Of a DNA stretch of 64,000 nt, positions 25,182 through 35,500 are shown in pieces. The number at the start of each line of letters is the position of its first letter. The first letter of the stretch is position 1. A model generated the notes under the pieces. It was given only the letters and a program-made list of their open reading frames with translations. It made no database searches and was not told where the DNA came from. A program made the translations under genes and the position numbers. Origin of the DNA: a virus; IMG/VR virus record IMGVR_UViG_3300042509_002293, positions 1-64,000 of that record; one strand, 5' to 3'.

Positions 25182-26654
25182 ATGGAAGCCTCCGCCAAGG
25201 TCAAGCAGCTTCTCGACGAACTGGCCGCCGTTCTCGCAGAGATGGGCGCCCTCCAGGAGCAGGGCGACATCGAGGACACCGAGGCCGGTGACGAGATGGC
25301 CGAGAAGGCCGGCATGGAGGAGGACGAGACCGAAGCCGAGTCCCCCGAGCAGGTCGCCGAGGAGGAGGAGGCGAAGGAGAAGAAGATTCGCTGCCTCTGC
25401 GAGCGTGCCGAGAAGATCCGCGACCGCATCAAGTTTTACGAGTCTGTGGCCGCCAAGGAGCTTGAACTCCGAACGGTCCTGGACAAGGCGACCCCCGCGT
25501 CGGAGGCCGCCGTCGTTTCTCGAAACACCCCGGCCAAGGAGGGCCGTTCCGTGACGCAGATTTATCACAACCTTCCCGGTGCCGGTCGTCTCCGTGGTTT
25601 CCGTGGCCCGAACGCCGAGGAGCGTGCCTATCGTGCTGGCATGTTCTACAAGTCGGCCCTGTTCGGCGACCGTGAGGCGACCCGGTGGTGCGCTGACCAC
25701 GGCGTGATCGACAGCCGCGCGATGGGCGAGGGCGTCAACTCGCTCGGCGGCGTGAGCGTGGCCGAGGAGGTGCTCAACGAGATCATCGTGCTGGTTGAGC
25801 AGTACGGCGTGTTCGTTCAGAACGCCCGCAACGTGAACATGCAGTCGGACACCCTCGTGGTGCCTCGGCGAGTTGGCGGTCTCCAGGCCTATTTTATTGG
25901 CGAGAACACGAGCATCCCGGATTCCGACGCGAGTTGGGATCGGGTTCAGCTTATCGCCAAAAAGGTGGCTGTCTCTAATAGGATTTCTTCGGAGCTTTTG
26001 CAGGACTCCGTACTGGCTTTGGGCGATTATTTGACTATGGAGACAGCAAGGGCCATTTCGATCCTCACGGATCGCGTGGGCTTTGTGGGCACGGGCTCCG
26101 GCGAAGACGGTGGTATCGTCGGTGCCGCGACGAAGGTCGCTGACGGCAGCCACAACGCCGGCCTCGTGACGGCCGCGACCGGCAACACGTCGGCTACGAC
26201 CCTCACGATCGACGACTTCGTGAACACCGCAGCCCGTCTCCCCGTGTACGCACGGGCTCGGGCCGCGTGGTACTGCTCGCCCGCCGTGTTCGCGGCCAGC
26301 GTGCAGCGTCTCGGCCTGACCAACAACGGCAAGCTGACGGGCGGCAACAGCGCCTCGAACCTCGCCGATGCTCCCGAGATGCGTCTGCTCGGATACCCTG
26401 TGAATTTCGTGCATACGATGCCGAGCAACCTGGGTGTCGATGCCGGGAAGGTGCAGTTCCTGCTCGGCGACCTCAGCCTCAGCACGATGTACGCGACCCG
26501 TCGCGGCCTCCAGATCAAGACCTCGGTCGACCGCTACGCGGAACTCGACCAGACCCTGATCGTGGCGACCACGCGTTTCGACGCGGTGACGCATGACTGC
26601 GGCGACAACACGAAGGCTGGCCCGCTCGTTGGTCTCCGCACGGCTCTTTCTTGA
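25182..26654 (+). CDS. Major capsid protein (HK97 fold) with N-terminal delta domain
   Basis: Acidic coiled-coil N-terminus; R|AMGEG...GG..V; IGE...IP.SD; IS.ELLQDS; LLGYPV; GDLS. Confidence 0.9.
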   Translation: MEASAKVKQLLDELAAVLAEMGALQEQGDIEDTEAGDEMAEKAGMEEDETEAESPEQVAEEEEAKEKKIRCLCERAEKIRDRIKFYESVAAKELELRTVLDKATPASEAAVVSRNTPAKEGRSVTQIYHNLPGAGRLRGFRGPNAEERAYRAGMFYKSALFGDREATRWCADHGVIDSRAMGEGVNSLGGVSVAEEVLNEIIVLVEQYGVFVQNARNVNMQSDTLVVPRRVGGLQAYFIGENTSIPDSDASWDRVQLIAKKVAVSNRISSELLQDSVLALGDYLTMETARAISILTDRVGFVGTGSGEDGGIVGAATKVADGSHNAGLVTAATGNTSATTLTIDDFVNTAARLPVYARARAAWYCSPAVFAASVQRLGLTNNGKLTGGNSASNLADAPEMRLLGYPVNFVHTMPSNLGVDAGKVQFLLGDLSLSTMYATRRGLQIKTSVDRYAELDQTLIVATTRFDAVTHDCGDNTKAGPLVGLRTALS

Positions 26655-26706
26655 TGTACGGACACGGTAACCCCTCAACCAACCACTCCCTGGGAGCAGA
26701 TTTTCG

Positions 26707-27138
26707 ATGAACCACCTCGAAGCCACGAAGTCCGACGTCAAGGTCTCGGCCTCGGTTGCTACGAACGCCACCCACAGCCACGAGATTGACACGGTCGGCT
26801 ACGGCTACCTGTCGGTCGACGTGGCCTTCAGCCCGTTCGCCACGGCGACGTCGAGCTACGCGACCGTCCTGAAGCTCCAGGAGAGCGACACGGCCGGCAG
26901 CGGTCAGGTCGACATTCCGGGCATGACTGTGACGGCCGGCGCCGGCTCGACGACCGGTGCCAAGGCTGGTGCCGTGGCCCGGTTCAACGTCGACCTGCGT
27001 GGCAGCAAGCGGTACGTCACCGTGGTCGCTACCCCTGGCAACTCGGCCTCGGTGGTCACGGCCGCTCGCCTCGGGAAGGCGAACGACATGCCGTACAAGG
27101 CTGCCAACGCCGGCGTGAACGACTGGGTCTCGGGCTGA
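26707..27138 (+). CDS. Capsid decoration-like protein
   Basis: Directly after MCP; IDT.GY...LQESDT...KRYV beta-sandwich pattern. Confidence 0.6.
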   Translation: MNHLEATKSDVKVSASVATNATHSHEIDTVGYGYLSVDVAFSPFATATSSYATVLKLQESDTAGSGQVDIPGMTVTAGAGSTTGAKAGAVARFNVDLRGSKRYVTVVATPGNSASVVTAARLGKANDMPYKAANAGVNDWVSG

Positions 27139-27204
27139 GTCAAGGACGACTCGTCTGGGCACGGAAGCCCAAGCCTATTTCCACGGAGGGCTTGGAGCAG
27201 ATGG

Positions 27205-27978
27205 ATGAAGGTTGTTGTCGGTAACTTCGAGCACGACGTAAAAGTCGCTGCTTGCCTGAGCGTCCCCCGGCTGGGCTTTCAGGATAATTTTTTCACGGCC
27301 TATGCGGGGCTGGCCCCGCACGGCATCCAGATCACCAAAGGCGCCGGGGCCTTCTGGGATCAGACCATGTCCCGCATCCTCACGGATCTATCCAGTGAGG
27401 AGGCCGGGAATGATCTCGTCATCACGCTCGACTACGACAGCGTGTTCGAGCCCGACTGCGTCGTTCGGCTCGTCTCTGCGCTCCTGGTCAGCGGCGTCGA
27501 CGCCATCGCCCCGCTTCAGACCAAGCGGGACGACAAGAACCTGATGTTCACGCCGGCCGGTCTGGCCAGCGACACGGACGGCCCTGTGACCGTCACGCTG
27601 CCCGCCGAGTGGTGGGAGAAGCCGGCCCAGTTGGCGGACACGGCCCACTTCGGCCTGACTGTGATCCGCACGTCCGCCCTCCGCAGGACGCCCAAGCCCT
27701 GGTTCGTGGGAATCCCGAACGAGAAGGGCGACTGGGGTGACGGCCGGCGAGACCCGGACATCGGATTCTGGCATCGCTTCCGCGAGGCCGGGAACACCGT
27801 GGCCGTGTGCCCCCAGGTGGCGATCGGGCATGCCGAGCTTGTCATCACTTGGCCAGACCAGCGGCTCGGAGCCATCCACCAGTACCCGACCCACTACTGG
27901 GAGGCCGGCGGCAGGCGTCCTCCGGAGGCCTGGGGGAGCGACGACCACGCCGAGAAGTCCATGAGAGGCAGGAAATGA
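27205..27978 (+). CDS. Glycosyltransferase-like protein (GT-A fold)
   Basis: ITLDYDSVF (DxD), HFGLTVIR, DPDIGFW..FREAG..V...V.IGH. Confidence 0.65.
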   Translation: MKVVVGNFEHDVKVAACLSVPRLGFQDNFFTAYAGLAPHGIQITKGAGAFWDQTMSRILTDLSSEEAGNDLVITLDYDSVFEPDCVVRLVSALLVSGVDAIAPLQTKRDDKNLMFTPAGLASDTDGPVTVTLPAEWWEKPAQLADTAHFGLTVIRTSALRRTPKPWFVGIPNEKGDWGDGRRDPDIGFWHRFREAGNTVAVCPQVAIGHAELVITWPDQRLGAIHQYPTHYWEAGGRRPPEAWGSDDHAEKSMRGRK

Positions 27979-28190
27979 AGGTCAGACTTTTGAAGACTTG
28001 GGGCTGGTACAAGGTCGGTGACGTCGCCGACGTGTTCGAGCCACTGGGGGCGAATTGGATCCAGACCGGCATTGCCGAGGCCGTTCGCGAGGATCGGTCC
28101 ATGCCCGTGGAGCGGGCCGACGAGGTCGAGGACCGGGTCGAGCGGGCTGTCGTGAGCGAGAAGCGTCGCGTCCCCAAGGAAAGGGCGTGA
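27975..28190 (+). CDS. Small head-module protein
   Basis: MKVRLLK...YKVGDVADV...W.QTGIAE; ATGA overlap. Confidence 0.6.
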   Translation: MKVRLLKTWGWYKVGDVADVFEPLGANWIQTGIAEAVREDRSMPVERADEVEDRVERAVVSEKRRVPKERA

Positions 28191-28191
28191 C

Positions 28192-28842
28192 GTGTATCCA
28201 TCGAGGTTCGACCGATATCTCGACGTCGTATCCAGGGCGAACCTTCGGTATCGGTCTCTCGTTCGAGTCACCGAGCCGACGGTCGAGCCGGTCAGCCTGT
28301 CTGAGGTGAAGCAGCACCTCAGAATCGACCAAGAGTTCAACGACGACGACTCGTACCTGCTCTCCCTGGTAACCGCCTCGCGGCAGTACGTCGAGAACTA
28401 CGTTGACCGGACCCTGATCCGGACCCAGCTTCGCATGAAGCTCGACTTTTTCCCTGTCTGGGACCTGCCCCTGCCCCGCCCGCCGGTCATGCCGGACGCG
28501 GTGATTGTCCAGTACACGCCCTCGGACGTGGCACTCGGGTACGCATTGACTGAGTACGCGAACTTCCGCACGGACCGGGACTCCACTCCGTGCATTCTGC
28601 GGCCCCAGTGGAATGGCACTTGGCCGTCGTGCCGGGGCGCTGAGAACGACGTGGTCATCTCGTGGTGGGCGGGATACGGAACCACCGGGGCAGACGTGCC
28701 AGTCCCCGCCCGCCACGCGATGCTTTTGATCCTCAGCCACTGGTATCGCAACCGCGAGGCGGTCTCCGAGTCGCGATTCGCACCCGTCCCCATGTCCGCC
28801 GAGACGCTACTCGGGACCGTCAACTGGGGGCAGTACCGGTGA
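28192..28842 (+). CDS. Head-tail connector (gp6-like)
   Basis: EPVSLSEVKQHLRID...DD.YL...AGYG...HWYRNRE. Confidence 0.9.
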   Translation: MYPSRFDRYLDVVSRANLRYRSLVRVTEPTVEPVSLSEVKQHLRIDQEFNDDDSYLLSLVTASRQYVENYVDRTLIRTQLRMKLDFFPVWDLPLPRPPVMPDAVIVQYTPSDVALGYALTEYANFRTDRDSTPCILRPQWNGTWPSCRGAENDVVISWWAGYGTTGADVPVPARHAMLLILSHWYRNREAVSESRFAPVPMSAETLLGTVNWGQYR

Positions 28843-29171
28843 TCAATGCCGGCGAACTCCGCGAGTCCGTGACCGTCCAGGTGGCGAGCAAGGCCACCAA
28901 CGCCTACGGGGAGACGGTCATGTCCTGGTCGACGTTCGCCAGCCGGCGGGCCTCGATCGACGGCCGGACGATCACCGAGACGATGAACGCCGAGCAGCCC
29001 TACACGAGCGGTGCCTACAACGTCCGGTTTCGGTATCTCCCGGGCCTGACGTCCGAGATGCGACTGGTTTGGACGAGCCGGAAGCCGAACCGAGTCCTGG
29101 ACATCGTGGCCGTCACCGAGAAGGGCATGAGGGAAGAGCACGAACTGGTGTGTAAGGAGTGGAAGGGGTGA
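28839..29171 (+). CDS. Head closure / head-tail adaptor
   Basis: GELRE.VTVQ...N.YGE...W...RY.PGLT..MR...L.C.E. Confidence 0.85.
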   Translation: MINAGELRESVTVQVASKATNAYGETVMSWSTFASRRASIDGRTITETMNAEQPYTSGAYNVRFRYLPGLTSEMRLVWTSRKPNRVLDIVAVTEKGMREEHELVCKEWKG

Positions 29172-29545
29172 TCCTCGGCCTCGAAGAGACGAAGCAGGCC
29201 CTCCTGGACTTCCCGTCCGTGCTCGACACGGACCGGGCACTTCGCGACGTGGCCTCCCAGTTCCGGGCCAGGATCTCCAGCGTCACCCCCGTCGGCTACA
29301 GCGGCCGTCTCAAGCGGTCCGTCATGGCTGAGTTCGACGAGGGCGTCGCCAGGGTTGGGTACGAGGAGGGCGTCGAAACGTCCGGGAATCCGGAACTCGA
29401 CAGCGTCCTGAGGCCCAGGACCAGGGGCCGCAGCGTTCTGTGGGTTCCGGCCGAGGACCTGGGCGAGTTGCTGGCCCAGGAGTTCGAGGACTTCGAGGGT
29501 GTGGCCATGTCTGTCCTGGAGGACGCCTTCGATGGCCGCTCCTGA
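29168..29545 (+). CDS. HK97 gp10-like neck protein
   Basis: I.GLEE...TPV..SGRLKRS; conserved position. Confidence 0.6.
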   Translation: MILGLEETKQALLDFPSVLDTDRALRDVASQFRARISSVTPVGYSGRLKRSVMAEFDEGVARVGYEEGVETSGNPELDSVLRPRTRGRSVLWVPAEDLGELLAQEFEDFEGVAMSVLEDAFDGRS

Positions 29546-29927
29546 GGCTTGGCTCCGCAACGCGATCACCCAGGCGACCACGGCCGGGGTCCACCCGGTC
29601 CTCGCCCCGCAGAATTCGCCATTCCCGCTCGTGGTGTACCGGCGTTCCGCGACACGCCGCGAACGAGGCTTGACCGGGAATTTCGGGGTCCCGGTAGCCA
29701 CGTTTTCCGTCTCGATCGTCTCCCAGTCCTACTCGGAGGTGAAGGACATCTCCGACGCGATCCGAAGGCGGGTCGACAACTTTACGGGCGACTACTCTGG
29801 GGTGAAAATTGTGACAGTGGCGCTCACTGCCGAGAGCGACAACATGGAACGTCCTCCGGACGGTCAGGCGAAGCCACTTTACAGGGTCGACCAAGTCTAC
29901 GACGTTCGATTTCAGGAAACCATTTAG
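29532..29927 (+). CDS. Tail terminator (DUF3168-like)
   Basis: PVLAPQ..PFPLVVY...SYSEVK. Confidence 0.75.
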   Translation: MAAPEAWLRNAITQATTAGVHPVLAPQNSPFPLVVYRRSATRRERGLTGNFGVPVATFSVSIVSQSYSEVKDISDAIRRRVDNFTGDYSGVKIVTVALTAESDNMERPPDGQAKPLYRVDQVYDVRFQETI

Positions 29928-29948
29928 CGTCCAAGGAGGGACGGCAAC

Positions 29949-30320
29949 ATGGCTTACGAGTCCTCGCAGGGCATTTCGTTCACCTTCTCCGGTCAGGCGT
30001 TTACCGCCAACCAGATTCAGATGACCAAGAAGTTGTCTGAGATCGACGTCACGAGCCTTGGCGACAAGACTGGCTCATTTCGTTCATACCGCCCGTCCCC
30101 GATCGTCGACGCCCCGGAACTGAAGGTCGACTTCGTCGGTCTCACCTTGCCCCAGATGACCTCCACCGGCGCCATCACCTGGACCGTGGACGCCAGCGGC
30201 TCGAACGCGGCCTTCACGGCGAACATGCCGACGGTTGCGCTCTGCACCTCGGCCGACGTGACGGCTCAGGTTGGCGAACTCATCAAGGGCTCCGCGACTT
30301 TCCGCCTGACTCAGAACTAA
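29949..30320 (+). CDS. Tail tube-like protein, paralog 1
   Basis: SQGISFTF...IDVTSL...KVDFVG...TAQVGELIKGSATF; after terminator, strong RBS. Confidence 0.75.
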   Translation: MAYESSQGISFTFSGQAFTANQIQMTKKLSEIDVTSLGDKTGSFRSYRPSPIVDAPELKVDFVGLTLPQMTSTGAITWTVDASGSNAAFTANMPTVALCTSADVTAQVGELIKGSATFRLTQN

Positions 30321-30339
30321 CACCCCGCCGAGTCTGACA

Positions 30340-30690
30340 ATGCAGGACTCGCAAGGGATTACGTTCTCGTTTGGTGGCAATGCTTACACGGCGACCCAGA
30401 TCGCCGTGTCGCGAGGCCGCGCTGAGTTTGACGTCTCCAGCACAGACTTGTCATCGAAGTCGCTCAGGCGGCTTCGGCTGGGGAAGATCAACGAGGTCTC
30501 AATAAAGGTCGACTGGATCGGCAAGGTGACTCCGACGGTCACGGCCACGGCCAACTTCACTGTCACTGGGACTGACCTCGGAGCAAATTCATTCTCCGGG
30601 AAGCCCGCCATCTGCACGGGCCTGAGCATCACCGGAAACGCGGGCGACCTCGTTCGCGGTTCGGCGACGTTCAAGGTGTCACACGACTAA
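30340..30690 (+). CDS. Tail tube-like protein, paralog 2
   Basis: SQGITFSF...FDVSS...KVDWIG...GDLVRGSATFKV. Confidence 0.7.
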   Translation: MQDSQGITFSFGGNAYTATQIAVSRGRAEFDVSSTDLSSKSLRRLRLGKINEVSIKVDWIGKVTPTVTATANFTVTGTDLGANSFSGKPAICTGLSITGNAGDLVRGSATFKVSHD

Positions 30691-30707
30691 AAGTCTGGGT
30701 ACGCGTC

Positions 30708-31073
30708 ATGGCAGTCGAATTTGACTCGATCGTTGGCGTGACGTTCACGTTCGATGGCGACCCGTACACGGCAACCCAGATCAGCGTGTCCCGTGGTGCG
30801 GCCGAGTTTGACGTCACGAGCACGGCGATTCCGGACAACGGGCTCAGGAGGTTTCGGCTGAGCGAGGTCCAGTCGTGTGACATCAAGGTCGACTGGGTTG
30901 GCCTCACGATACCTCCGATCGACGCGGTGAAGTCTTTCACTATTTCGGGCGGCACGGCGGTGTCCGCCCTGTACGCCACCGGCTCGATGGCCCTCTGCAC
31001 CGGCCTGACCATCACCGCCCAGGCCGGCGAGCTAATCAAGGGCTCCGCGACATTTAAGGTGAGCTACGACTGA
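30708..31073 (+). CDS. Tail tube-like protein, paralog 3
   Basis: GVTFTF...FDVTS...KVDWVG...AQAGELIKGSATFKV. Confidence 0.7.
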   Translation: MAVEFDSIVGVTFTFDGDPYTATQISVSRGAAEFDVTSTAIPDNGLRRFRLSEVQSCDIKVDWVGLTIPPIDAVKSFTISGGTAVSALYATGSMALCTGLTITAQAGELIKGSATFKVSYD

Positions 31074-31447
31074 TGGCTTACGAGTCCTCCCAGGGAATCA
31101 TCTTCAAGTTCAACAACGTGGTCTACACGGCCACGTCGGTGTCCGTGTCGAGGTCAATGGGCGAGTACAACGTCACGAGCCTGAATATCCCCAAAGGCCC
31201 GAACTGCATGACCCGGTACAGGCCCGGCGGGCTCAAAAGCATCGAGATCAAGGTTGACTGGGTTGGATCCACCCTGCCCCCAACGGATGCGCCGTATTCA
31301 ATCGCCTTTGATGGCGACGGCCCTGGTTCTGGCTCCGGGCTGACTGAAGACTCGATCAGCAAGGCAATCGCCACGGGAGTCACGCTCACAGCGCAGGCCG
31401 GGGACTTGATCAAGGGCACTGCCACCTTCAAGGTCACGGTGGACTGA
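31073..31447 (+). CDS. Tail tube-like protein, paralog 4
   Basis: MAYESSQGI identical to paralog 1; KVDWVG; AQAGDLIKGTATFKV. Confidence 0.7.
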   Translation: MAYESSQGIIFKFNNVVYTATSVSVSRSMGEYNVTSLNIPKGPNCMTRYRPGGLKSIEIKVDWVGSTLPPTDAPYSIAFDGDGPGSGSGLTEDSISKAIATGVTLTAQAGDLIKGTATFKVTVD

Positions 31448-31878
31448 TGGCAGGCGAATTGCCGGCTGGATTTCCTGAAGTCGTCGAGTCGCAGGGCATC
31501 ACCGTGCGGTGGGGCGGAGTGAACATTGTCGTCACCGGGATTCGCTACAACCGATCCGCAGCGGGCGAGGTCGACGTTACGGGCATTCGCTCGTTCGCGT
31601 GGACAGACGCAGCTAACTCAGACAATCGTCGAGTTGTCAAGGAGGTCGAGTACAGCGTCATCGACCCTGGCGAGGTGGAGTGCGACTTCGTTGGGCCGAG
31701 CACGTTTGACGAAAGCTGGGTGGGCAATCGCAGACTCCTGACGATCTCAGGGCTCGACAACGCCCCGAGCGGCGTCCAGGCCTATCTCACGAATCTTTCA
31801 ATACAGGCACGAGCCGGGGAACTGGTCACCGGCTCTTGCACGTTTCGTTTGTCGAGCGACATGACCGGTGTTTTTTAG
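31447..31878 (+). CDS. Tail tube-like protein, paralog 5 (divergent)
   Basis: ESQGIT...VDVTG...DFVG...ARAGELVTGSCTFRL. Confidence 0.65.
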   Translation: MAGELPAGFPEVVESQGITVRWGGVNIVVTGIRYNRSAAGEVDVTGIRSFAWTDAANSDNRRVVKEVEYSVIDPGEVECDFVGPSTFDESWVGNRRLLTISGLDNAPSGVQAYLTNLSIQARAGELVTGSCTFRLSSDMTGVF

Positions 31879-31904
31879 TCTGGATATCAGGAGTAGGTAG
31901 GCAT

Positions 31905-32270
31905 ATGGGATTCTTGAACAAGGCGGCGATTCTGGCGGCGAAGGACAAGAAGATGGTCGAGGTTTCCGTGCCCGAGTGGCCCGACGACAAGGGCGAGCCG
32001 GGCGTGGTGAACCTCCGGGTTCTCACCGGCACCGAGCGTGACCGTTTCGAGTCGGAGTTTGTGGGCGGCAACAAGTCCGTCGACATGGTCCGGGCGAAGC
32101 TGGTGGCGAAGTGTCTGTGTGACTCGGATGGCAACCGCCTCTTCACTGAGCAGGAGATTCCTGCACTGAGCGACAAGAGCGCGGCCGTCCTCGACCGTCT
32201 CTTCGCGAAGTGCATGAAGCTCAACCGGTTCACCAAGGACGACGTGGAGGAACTCGCGGGAAACTCCTGA
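31905..32270 (+). CDS. Tail assembly chaperone (gpG-like)
   Basis: V.VPEW...LTG.ERDRFE...RAKLV...D.DGNRLF...ELAGNS; ends at slippery site. Confidence 0.85.
   Translation: MGFLNKAAILAAKDKKMVEVSVPEWPDDKGEPGVVNLRVLTGTERDRFESEFVGGNKSVDMVRAKLVAKCLCDSDGNRLFTEQEIPALSDKSAAVLDRLFAKCMKLNRFTKDDVEELAGNS
32258..32264 (+). other. -1 programmed frameshift site G GGA AAC
   Basis: In-frame X XXY YYZ heptamer before TGA; the -1 frame continues to 32566. Confidence 0.85.
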
Positions 32271-32566
32271 GCCGTCCGAGGCGGCGATTTGAGTATCGAC
32301 TGGCGTTGGCACTCGGGAAGACGCACAGGCAACTCCTGGAGGAGTGCGACGCTGAAGAACTAGCCGAGTGGGAGGCCTATTGGCTGATAGAGCCGTGGGG
32401 GGACGAATGGCGACAGATTGCCCGTCTCACCACGGCTCTATGCACTGCATGGGGCAGTAAGAACCTCGAAGAGGAAATGATCATGCCGAGCAGCCGCAAG
32501 CCTCCCCAGTCGAAGGATCAGATGATGAGCGAGCTTATGAAGGTCCCAGGGCTCTTTCAGAATTAG
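32258..32566 (+). CDS. Tail assembly chaperone frameshift extension (gpT-like)
   Basis: F.YRLALALGKT...ELAEW.AY..IEPWG. Confidence 0.8.
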   Translation, partial: GKLLSRPRRRFEYRLALALGKTHRQLLEECDAEELAEWEAYWLIEPWGDEWRQIARLTTALCTAWGSKNLEEEMIMPSSRKPPQSKDQMMSELMKVPGLFQN

Positions 32567-32568
32567 CG

Positions 32569-35500
32569 ATGGCCACGATCGGATCACTCGTCGTCGAGTT
32601 TGGGGCAGACCTTCGCGGGCTGAGCGAGGGGATCGGCGCCGCCGTCGACTTATTCGATCAGGTCGCGGAGAGGGCCGAGAGGCTCGCTGAGCAGCTTGAG
32701 TCGTTGGCCCGGCGTGACACCAGGATCAGCATTTCCGCAGACTCGTCCGAGGTCGACTCGGCCACCCAGAGCGTCGAGGACCTCGGGGAGGCTATTGAGT
32801 CTGCCTCGGACGTCGGCGGCGTGTCGGGCGGGCTGTCGGAGGTTTCCTCCGCCGCGCAGGCTGTCGCCACGTCATCTCGCGACGCGACCACCTTCATCAG
32901 CAGGTTCGGCGAGGTTGCTTCGGAGGCTATCCGCCGTCCGGCCAGCGACGCCCTTCGCGGGACGGAGTCCTACATCGAGATGCGGGACTCGATATCCGGG
33001 ATTGGCTCCACCGCATCCCAGTCCCTTGAGGCCGTCTCTTCGGCGACGGAGACGACGGCTTTCGCGGCTCGCGGATGCGCCGAGGCCTTCACGTCGCTCG
33101 CCTCCGGAAACTCTGCCGGCCAGTTTGCCGACGCCGCCATCGTTGCGGCCGGGAGGGTCGTGTCAGCGTACCGGGAGGTTAGTACGCTTTTCTCGGCTGT
33201 CCTGCCGCAGGCCATCGGCGAGGGCGTTACGGCATTCGGAGCCTTGACCGCAACCGTGGGCGGAGGCGGGGCCGTTCTAGCTGCGTTCCAGGGCAGTTCG
33301 GCAGCCACGGCGATTGTTATCGGGTCTCTCGCGAGGTCGTTTGTCGGCGTCGGCGTCGCCTTGGCAACCTATTCCGCAATCATGGCGGCAGCTAGGGTCG
33401 TGCTTTCGGGGCTGAGCGACGAGGCTCGCGCGTATGCCGAGGCCGGAGTGTCGGTCGTCGCGATGATTGTGTCGGGAGCCGCTGCCGCGAGGGCCGGGGC
33501 TGCGGCATACCAGATCGTCGCCTCGGCCATGTTCCGCTCGGGGTCTGCGTCCGCCCTCCTGTCTCAGGTCCTGGGAACTGTCTCATCCGCCACGTCCAGG
33601 CTGCTCGGGCCGACGACGAGGCTGGTTTCTTCCTACGCGACGCTGACGAGCATCATCGGCGTGGCGTCCACGGCGTTCCAGGGCTTCAGCGACAGGCAGC
33701 AGAGCGTTTCGCAGACGTTCACCCAGATTGCAGGCTCGGTGGCGAGGTTCGCGGCCACGTCGGTGGCGATCGGCGCCGTGTCAGGTGGCCTGAATGCCCT
33801 CCGCGCGTACGCTGTGGCCGCCGGCGGCGCAATGACCTCGGCGGGTGCAGGCTCGGCGGCCCTCTCCGGGGCTTTCGGCGGCGCCACGGCAGCCGCCGGC
33901 GGGCTGATCGCGACGTTCCCCGCCGTGGCCGCCGCCATATCCGTGGCCGCCGTCGCATCCGGGAGGTTCGAGCAGCAGCTTGAGTCTCTTGCGTCGAAGG
34001 CCGAGTCCATCGAGCAGATGGCCGATCGCTTTGGGTCATCCAACGAAGGCGTGGAGAAACTGAGGATCGCAGCCTCGAACGCCAACGTCTCGATGATGGC
34101 CCTGATCCGATCGCAGCAGAACTTCTACACCAACCTGAGCAAGGTCAAGTCGGGCCAGTTCGACAGCCAGAACACCCGAGAGGCCAAGCTGGCCTTCGAC
34201 GAGCTTGGCATACCGGTCGAGAAGCTGAAGTCCCTCAAGCCGGAAGAGTCGTTCAGGCTCGTCGCCAAGTCTCTCTCCGAGGTCAAGAACGCGGCCGACA
34301 AGACCAGGATCGCCGTCGACCTGTTCGGCGCTCGTGGAGCGTTCGCCCTGCCGGCCTTGAAGGAGATCGGAGAGCTTGAGGAGGACTTTGGGCGACTCGG
34401 CGGCGCCATCCGGGCCGTCGACTTCGGGAACATTATGAGCATGGAGGCCTCGTTCGACCGGCTCAAGGTCGCGTCGGACGCCCTCAGCCGAACCATGCTC
34501 GTTCCGTTCGTCTCACTCCAGAGGGCCTTCAATAACTTCGCCGCAGACCTCAAGGGTGGGCTCGCCTCGGCCCTTGCCCCCCTGGCCACAATGCTCAACG
34601 CCATCGCGGAGCCGCTTGCCGTGATCATTGAGGCCTTCGGCCGGATGATCAACGTGACGCTCAGGCTGATCGGCATCTTCACGGGTATCGCGGCGTTCTT
34701 CCAGATATTCGCCAGCGTGGCCATGATTTTCCAGGGCATCGGCGAGGGCTTCCGCGCTGCGATGAAGCCCCTGGAAGGCCTGATCGATATGTTCTCCTCT
34801 GCCGGCAACGAGGCCGGCATCTTCAGCGGCGTGATCAGTGTCGTCGAGACGGTCCTCAACGGGATCGGCGTGGCGATCGGCTATGTGATCGGCATCCTCG
34901 CGAACGCGGCCATCGTGATCGTAGCCGGCGCTGCGGCGTGGGCGATCTACTCGGCGGCGATGGCGTTGGCCTCTGCCACGTCCATCACGGCAGCCTTTTC
35001 TTTCGCGGCCGCCTGGGCTGCGGCTCTCGGTCCGTTCCTTCCCGTCATCGGGCTGATCGCCGGAGGAATCGCCCTCATCGGCGGTGCGGTGATGCTTCTT
35101 GCCGTTGGCATCAAGGCCGCATTCGGGTACTTGGTCGGCCTCGGGCAGGCTTTTGGTCTCGTCAGCAAGCAGCGGGATCCGATTGACGCCTCCGCAGCCT
35201 CGACCAAGGACCTCGCCGCCGCAGCCCGAGAAGCCCAGGACGCCGCCTCGTGGTTCAGCGACGGCGAGAACGAGAGCGTGATCGCCGAGTCGGTCAGCGA
35301 AGCCAGGGACGCCTTCAACGGTCTCGTCACCGAGTCGATTAAGTACGGCAAGGCGGGCTCGGACTCTATTGCGTCCGTTCAGAAGCGGTACGCCGACCTT
35401 GAGCAGTCTCTCGCGGACGGCAAGATCAGCACCGAAGAGTTCACCAGCAAGACCGAGGGCCTGTTCGAGTCTGCCGAGAAGGGCATGAAGGACTACGAGC

